Source: an uncultured Chloroflexia bacterium (GTDB lineage Bacteria > Chloroflexota > Limnocylindria > QHBO01). From it: a stretch of DNA of 64,000 nucleotides. The stretch is from NCBI GenBank assembly GCA_963811145.1, contig CAWEQC010000003.1, forward strand, positions 674,897-738,896, read 5' to 3'. The notes under the pieces are model-generated. The model was not told the origin of the DNA, searched no databases, and saw only the letters and a list, made by a program, of their open reading frames with translations. Positions 59,137-64,000 of this stretch are shown here, piece by piece; within the stretch, counting starts at the first letter, position 1; each line of letters begins with the position of its first letter. The position numbers were made by a program, and so were the translations under genes.

Positions 59137-60927
59137 CTAGGGCTCCAGGACCTCCGGCGTCGAGTCGAAGGCCGCGGGACCGATCCAGCCGTCATCCGAG
59201 GAGCCCAGCTCCCGAACCTCGTCCTTCACATTGCCCGTGTTCCGTTCGACGAGCAGCAGCTTGGCGCGCGGGGCGGCGAGGTCGCCTGGCAGCGGCTCGC
59301 GGACGGTGATGGCCAGGTGCCTGCCGGTCGGGGAGACCTTCACGTCGACCACGACCATGCCCTCGGGGATGTCGTCCACGTCGATCGCGTGGTGCTGGGT
59401 CAGCCCACGCGGATCGGTGGCGTGGCCGAAGTACACCCGGTTCGGATCGGGATAGTCCACGTCGGACCCCTGCGAGGTGCCTGTCCACCTCGTGTTCCAG
59501 ACCGCATAGGCGTCGCCGTCGCCGCCCCAGCCGATCGAGGCCGACGAGAAGGCCGCATCGTCGATCGTCAGGTCACTGAAGAGCGGTCGCTCGTTGCCGA
59601 ATTCGAACGTCGTTTCGTCGTCGCCGATGCGGTGCTCGGCAAGGTACGGCTCGCCACCCTCGGACATGATCCATGCACCGTCGGGGCCCTCGGCCATGCG
59701 GCCCGTCCAGTAGATCGCCAGCCGCCTGTTCGGGCTGAGGATGGGCTGGAACACGCCCTCGGCCTCGGCCACCTGGCGCGCGGCCGGATCGATCAGCTCG
59801 ACATGGGTCCCGGCGCTGGTGACCGGCGCGACCAGGTAGCTGGTCGGCTGCTCGTCGGCAGCGCTCACCCAGAGCAGCGCCTCGCCCTCCTCGCGCTCCA
59901 CCCAGCTGCCGGGAAACGCGTTGCCGCTATCCGTGAGCTGCCAGAGGTCGGCATCGTCGGTCTCGAAGATCCAGACGTCGGTCACGTGGTCGGTCGTATC
60001 CGGATCGGCGAGGGCGAAGGCCAGGTGGCGGCCGTCAGGCGACCATGCCAGCCGCTGAATGAACGGCGCGCCTCCGATCGATCGGCCCAGCTCGATGGTT
60101 TCGCCGACCGCCACGCTCGATTCGGGTGAAGCGGATGCGCCGCCGTCCGCGGCCGCGGGCGCGTCGGTGACGCGCGTGGCGAGCAGCTCGTTCTGCCCGC
60201 TCAGCCCGACCTCGGTGATGTAGGCCAGCCACTGCCCGTCGGGGGACAGCTCCGCGGCGATCGGCGGGCCGCTGGCGGTGTCGACCTCGGCGGCCGGCGC
60301 CGGCGTCGCTCCCGGCCCCACCGGGGGCTCCTCGATGGTGAGCTCGAGGTTGTCCGAGGGCCCGGTCGTCAGCGCCAGGAAGACGTCCGGCTCCGGGTTG
60401 AGCGCCACGGGATTCGGCGTGGGGCTGGGCCCGACCGACGGTGAGGGCGCCGACTCGCCGGGCGAGGCATCCGGGTTGGGCGTGGAGATCGGCGGCAGGG
60501 TCGGCGCGGTGTCGCCGTCGGTCGGCGTGACCACGGCCGGCGTCGGTGTCGGCGTGATCGAGGCGCCGACCAGGGGATCCTGTGGCGCGCCATTCAGCAG
60601 CGCGATGGCGAGCAGTGCGCCGGCCACGGCAGCGAGGCCACCCCCGGCGCCGGCGAAGATCACCACCGGGCTCTGCCACCACGCACGCCGCTCGAAACGC
60701 CCTCGCTCGATGCCGGTCCGGACCCGCGCCCCGAGGTCCCGCGGCGGTGCAACGTGCCGCAGCCCGGACATGATGCGGCGCTGGTCAGCGAACGCGGCCA
60801 GGGTCGCGCGGCAGTGGCTGCACGAGTCGAGATGGGCATCCAGGCGCTGGCGTTCCGCGGCGGTGAGATCGCCGGTGAGCGATGCGCTGATGAGCTCCTC
60901 GAATGGCTCGTGGCGGTTCATTGTCAT
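59137..60927 (-). CDS. Zinc-finger (zf-HC2) anti-sigma factor with a Pro/Thr-rich linker and an extracytoplasmic TolB/PD40-like beta-propeller
   Basis: The zinc-binding motif is H-x3-C-x2-C (HLDSCSHCRATL). A TM segment follows (VVIFAGAGGGLAAVAGALLAIALL), then a PTPTP linker and repeats such as WSPDGRHLAF. Its start overlaps the sigma stop as ATGA. Confidence 0.65.
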   Translation of the reverse strand: MTMNRHEPFEELISASLTGDLTAAERQRLDAHLDSCSHCRATLAAFADQRRIMSGLRHVAPPRDLGARVRTGIERGRFERRAWWQSPVVIFAGAGGGLAAVAGALLAIALLNGAPQDPLVGASITPTPTPAVVTPTDGDTAPTLPPISTPNPDASPGESAPSPSVGPSPTPNPVALNPEPDVFLALTTGPSDNLELTIEEPPVGPGATPAPAAEVDTASGPPIAAELSPDGQWLAYITEVGLSGQNELLATRVTDAPAAADGGASASPESSVAVGETIELGRSIGGAPFIQRLAWSPDGRHLAFALADPDTTDHVTDVWIFETDDADLWQLTDSGNAFPGSWVEREEGEALLWVSAADEQPTSYLVAPVTSAGTHVELIDPAARQVAEAEGVFQPILSPNRRLAIYWTGRMAEGPDGAWIMSEGGEPYLAEHRIGDDETTFEFGNERPLFSDLTIDDAAFSSASIGWGGDGDAYAVWNTRWTGTSQGSDVDYPDPNRVYFGHATDPRGLTQHHAIDVDDIPEGMVVVDVKVSPTGRHLAITVREPLPGDLAAPRAKLLLVERNTGNVKDEVRELGSSDDGWIGPAAFDSTPEVLEP

Positions 60928-61565
60928 CGCGCGAATCCCTCGGCGGAGAGCGCGCGCCGCATCTCGCCACGGGCACGGCAGAGCAGCGTGCGGACGGCGG
61001 CGTACGAGATGCCCATCACGGCGCCGATCTGCTGCGCGCTCATGTCGTCGAGGTCGCTGAGGAGGAGGCACTGGCGGTGGTTCGGGCGGAGCGTCATGAG
61101 TGCGCGCTGCACGCGTTCGTCGAGCGTCGCCGCCAGCACCTGTGCCTCAGGGCCCGGGCGGGGATCGGGCCGGTTGGCGAACGCCGGCGCGTCGTCGCCC
61201 ATCGGCGAGACCATCCGCCGCCGGCGCATGTCGTCGATCGCCGTGTTGGTGGCGATGCGGTACAGCCACGCTCGGGTGGAGGAGGCATCGGTCACGGTGT
61301 CGAGCTTTCGATATGCCTTGATGAAGGTGTCCTGCGTGATGTCGGCTGCTCGGTCGGTGTCGCCGACCATGCGCAGCACGTAGTTGTAGATCGGAGCGGA
61401 ATACTCCTCGAAGAGGGCTGCGAACTCGGCCTCGGCTCGGGCGTCACGGCGCGTCACCGTGGGCGCACCCCACACGATCGAGCCGGGCACCACCATCGAG
61501 CGCACCTCGTCCTCCGCACTAAACCGCTCCTCCCCGTTCCGACTGTGACGGATCGGTTCCGCCAT
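60924..61565 (-). CDS. ECF RNA polymerase sigma factor
   Basis: Region 2 is YNYVLRMVGDTDRAADITQDTFIKAY and region 4 is LLLSDLDDMSAQQIGAVMGISYAAVRTLLCRAR. Confidence 0.8.
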   Translation of the reverse strand: MAEPIRHSRNGEERFSAEDEVRSMVVPGSIVWGAPTVTRRDARAEAEFAALFEEYSAPIYNYVLRMVGDTDRAADITQDTFIKAYRKLDTVTDASSTRAWLYRIATNTAIDDMRRRRMVSPMGDDAPAFANRPDPRPGPEAQVLAATLDERVQRALMTLRPNHRQCLLLSDLDDMSAQQIGAVMGISYAAVRTLLCRARGEMRRALSAEGFAR

Positions 61566-61568
61566 CTG

Positions 61569-62552
61569 TTACCGATGCAGATGCGCTCGCAGCACCTCGG
61601 CAGCATATTCGGGCGCCGCGGGATTTACCGCCAGCGCCGTCGCCCGCTCCAACCCGGCGATGACCCGCAGGCGCGGGTGGATCTCCCAGTGCCAGTGGAA
61701 CGTCTGGTCGAGCCGCTCGCCGGAGGGTGCCGTGTGGAGGAACAGGTTGTACGGGGGGTTGCCCAGTGCGTCGAGCGCCTGCAGCGCGCGCTGGAGGGTG
61801 GCCGTGCTGGCAGCGATCGCCTCGTCGTCGATCGATGTGAAGTCGGCGGCATGCGCCCGTGGCACGACCATCATCTCGAAGGCGGAGCGGCTTGCCGCGG
61901 GCGCGAACACGATCGCGTGGTGGTCGGCGAAGACGAGGCGCTCGCCGTTCTCCTCCTCCGCCTCGGCCAGCGCACACCACACGCAGCGACGGGTCTTGAT
62001 CATCTGGCGCGCCCCGCCACCGATCTCCTCGGCCACCCAGTGGGGCACCTGCGGAATGGCGTACAGCTCCACGTTGAGATGCGAGGTGCGCGCGCCGGCC
62101 TGCCGGCCATGGCTCTGGACTACCTGGATGTAGAGCGGCTCTGCGCGGCCCTCCGCGTCGGATTCGCGTGGCTCGTCGCCGATCGCGCGCATCGCGTCGC
62201 GCGCGGCCCGCACCAGGGCACCCGCCAGCTGTGGCGCCGCGTCCGTCATCCGTTCGTGGTGCTCGCGCGGCCCCACCAGGATTTCCCAGGAGCCGGTCGC
62301 GCGTTCGACCTCGCTCATCGACAGCTGTGCGGCGCGCTCCTTGGACGAGTCGATGCGATGGAAGGCGTCGGAGCGGAGCGGAACGCGACGCACATGATGC
62401 GGCGGCTCGTCGTCGGCGGCGTCGTCGCAGTGGCGACAATGGGTTCCCTCCACCGGCTGCGCCTCGACCTCGAATGCCTCGCGCGAGAATGCCCGGTCGG
62501 CGACGATGGCGGACCACCAGCCCGTGACCGGGTCCCGTCGCAGCTCGAACAC
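61569..62552 (-). CDS. Galactose-1-phosphate uridylyltransferase-like HIT-superfamily nucleotidyltransferase
   Basis: The zinc-binding region is CRHCD...H, and the HxHxQ-type active site is FHWHWEIHPR. Confidence 0.6.
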   Translation of the reverse strand: MFELRRDPVTGWWSAIVADRAFSREAFEVEAQPVEGTHCRHCDDAADDEPPHHVRRVPLRSDAFHRIDSSKERAAQLSMSEVERATGSWEILVGPREHHERMTDAAPQLAGALVRAARDAMRAIGDEPRESDAEGRAEPLYIQVVQSHGRQAGARTSHLNVELYAIPQVPHWVAEEIGGGARQMIKTRRCVWCALAEAEEENGERLVFADHHAIVFAPAASRSAFEMMVVPRAHAADFTSIDDEAIAASTATLQRALQALDALGNPPYNLFLHTAPSGERLDQTFHWHWEIHPRLRVIAGLERATALAVNPAAPEYAAEVLRAHLHR

Positions 62553-62580
62553 GGCCGCATCGTACTCGAAGCCGCTCGAG

Positions 62581-63639
62581 CTACCTCAGGGCCTCGATGA
62601 GGTCGTAGGGGTCGGAGCCGACGATCGGAGTGCCGTACAGCTCCATCGCGCCGATGTCGGAGGGTCGCACGAACGGGAGGCCGCGATCGACGACCCTGAC
62701 GATGGGCGGGATCGCCTCCCAGCCACCGGCGTTGGCGAGCGGCGGGCGCCAGAGGGCGAGATTGAATGACCGCACGCCGATGCGGTCGCGATAAGCGATC
62801 ACCGTTCGCGCGACGGCATCCGCGAAGGGCGGATCGGTCTCCTCCATGCCCGGCATGCCGACGAGCAGCAGCTCGCGCTCCTTGCGAGGGGTGAGGTGGG
62901 CCAGCAGCGCCACGTCGCCGCCCAGATCCACGGCCAGCCCGACGCTGCGATGCACGGCGACGAGCTCCTCGATCAGGTCTCCCGCGTAGCCCTCGGCGTC
63001 GCGTCGAAGCCGCTCGATCGCCGCGTAATGGGACCCGGCGCCGAGCAGCGCCTGGGCGTGGCCATGGATGATCGAGCTGCCGGCGCGCCACAGGCAGTTC
63101 CAGATGAGCAGGTAGTTCACCGCGTCGGGATCGTCGCGACGCGCCCGTTCCGCCCACTCCCGGCCGGTGCGCAGCATGTCGACGATTGTCTCCGCGTCGA
63201 AGGCAAGCGGATCGTGCGTGTCGAATACGAGGACGGCGTGGTGGGCGTCTGCCGGGCCCGCATTCGCGCCTGTGATGACCCGAGCTCCACGGACCCGCCC
63301 GAACGTGTCGGCGGGGGTGCCGGTCTCCGGGTGGCAGAACGGGTCATCCTCCGTGGCGCCGATCTCGGCCGCGAGGTCTCGCCCGGTCTCCGGGCCATCG
63401 ACCGGGCGCCGGCTCCGCAACGGTGCGAACAGGGTTGCCTCCAGCGTCACGCGATTGGTCACCTTGAGGAGTTCCTGGTCGCGCACTGCATCGACCGACC
63501 CGAACGTCTCCGCCAGCCACGGCTCCAGCTCCGGCGGGGGCGCAGTGCGGGCGCGCACCAGCCGAACGTCGAGCAGGCGGCTCGCCCGGTCGCGTGCCGC
63601 TCCGGTCAGCCCGTCGAGCCGGGCTGGAAGCTCGAGCAC
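62581..63639 (-). CDS. Second GalT-like HIT-superfamily nucleotidyltransferase
   Basis: The active site is IIHGHAQ. The start is chosen at GTG 63639, just downstream of the GNAT stop. The longer ORF to 63909 overlaps the GNAT gene. Confidence 0.45.
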   Translation of the reverse strand: MLELPARLDGLTGAARDRASRLLDVRLVRARTAPPPELEPWLAETFGSVDAVRDQELLKVTNRVTLEATLFAPLRSRRPVDGPETGRDLAAEIGATEDDPFCHPETGTPADTFGRVRGARVITGANAGPADAHHAVLVFDTHDPLAFDAETIVDMLRTGREWAERARRDDPDAVNYLLIWNCLWRAGSSIIHGHAQALLGAGSHYAAIERLRRDAEGYAGDLIEELVAVHRSVGLAVDLGGDVALLAHLTPRKERELLLVGMPGMEETDPPFADAVARTVIAYRDRIGVRSFNLALWRPPLANAGGWEAIPPIVRVVDRGLPFVRPSDIGAMELYGTPIVGSDPYDLIEALR

Positions 63640-63644
63640 GTTCG

Positions 63645-64000
63645 TCAGTCGTACTCCCAGCTGCGCCGATGCGGCTGCGCGGCCCACTCCTCGCGCAGCA
63701 GGCTCATGACGTGGACGTCGGTGTGCTTCCCGTGCCCGAAGTGTGCTCGGCGCAGGGTGCCCTCGAGGCTGAACCCCGCCTTCTCGTACGAGCGCCGAGC
63801 CCGGTCGTTCCCGGCATACACGTACAGGCCGATCCGCTCGAGCCGGAGCTCGCCGAAGCCGAAGTCGCAGATCGCGCGGAGCGCATCGGTGCCGTAGCCC
63901 CTGCTCCACTCTTCCTTCTCGCCGATGGCGATCCCGAACTCGGCGTTGCCATTCTGGAGATCGAGACCGTGCAGCCCGATCGTCCCGATTGGACGCGCAT
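63645..64000 (-). CDS. GNAT-family N-acetyltransferase, C-terminal part; the start lies outside the window
   Basis: The in-frame translation is ...LQNGNAEFGIAIGEKEEWSRGYGTDALRAICDFGFGELRLERIGLYVYAGNDRARRSYEKAGFSLEGTLRRAHF..., which contains the acetyl-CoA-binding motif. The stop is at 63645. Confidence 0.55.
   Translation of the reverse strand, partial: ARPIGTIGLHGLDLQNGNAEFGIAIGEKEEWSRGYGTDALRAICDFGFGELRLERIGLYVYAGNDRARRSYEKAGFSLEGTLRRAHFGHGKHTDVHVMSLLREEWAAQPHRRSWEYD

Noticed and set aside
60380-60560. Repetitive CCG/ACC-rich stretch
   Set aside because: It encodes the Pro/Thr-rich linker of the anti-sigma factor (PTPTPAVVTPTDG). It is not a repeat element.
63704-64000. 98-aa ORF MRVQSGRSG... 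at the right edge
   Set aside because: It is in the wrong frame. The same strand in another frame gives a clean GNAT acetyltransferase C-terminus with no in-window Met.

Overview
This window is high-GC (about 70%) chromosomal DNA with an actinobacterial-type gene order. Nearly every real gene is the longest ORF on one strand, with long spurious antisense ORFs opposite it.

Reading left to right: an ECF sigma factor with a membrane anti-sigma that carries an extracytoplasmic Rieske [2Fe-2S] domain; an HxlR regulator, a GAF protein and two tandem cupredoxin lipoproteins; and a complete, translationally coupled System I cytochrome c maturation operon (ccmABCDEFGHI).

Next comes a large phosphate block: ppk1, a CYTH-CHAD gene and a mutT1-like Nudix/His-phosphatase fusion, then divergently senX3-regX3-phoU-pstBACS with PHO-box-like repeats upstream of pstS, followed by DUF47-pit.

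After that: arsR-arsM with an AT-rich palindromic operator; azlCD; a split secreted protein; and a TetR regulator whose operator overlaps its own start codon, coupled to a PEP-utilizing enzyme of rifampicin-phosphotransferase-like architecture.

Then tRNA-Lys; a frameshifted ABC substrate-binding protein; an adenylyl cyclase fused to an extracytoplasmic beta-propeller; and two giant double-FtsX permeases with two ABC ATPases (one frameshifted) beside a heavily frameshifted NarL-type two-component system.

Further right: a 28-aa hydrophobic sORF with a perfect Shine-Dalgarno; a saccharopine-dehydrogenase-like gene; a GerW/YtfJ homolog; initiator tRNA-fMet with a terminator; a 12-TM protein plus a membrane cytochrome c; nnr-tldD-tldE; pyrE-like, pyrR-pyrB-pyrC; a second ECF sigma with a zinc-finger, beta-propeller anti-sigma; two GalT-like HIT enzymes; and a partial GNAT.

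I found no CRISPR arrays, integrases or transposases.

All functional calls rest on motifs and domain order read directly from the translations; I could run no database searches.
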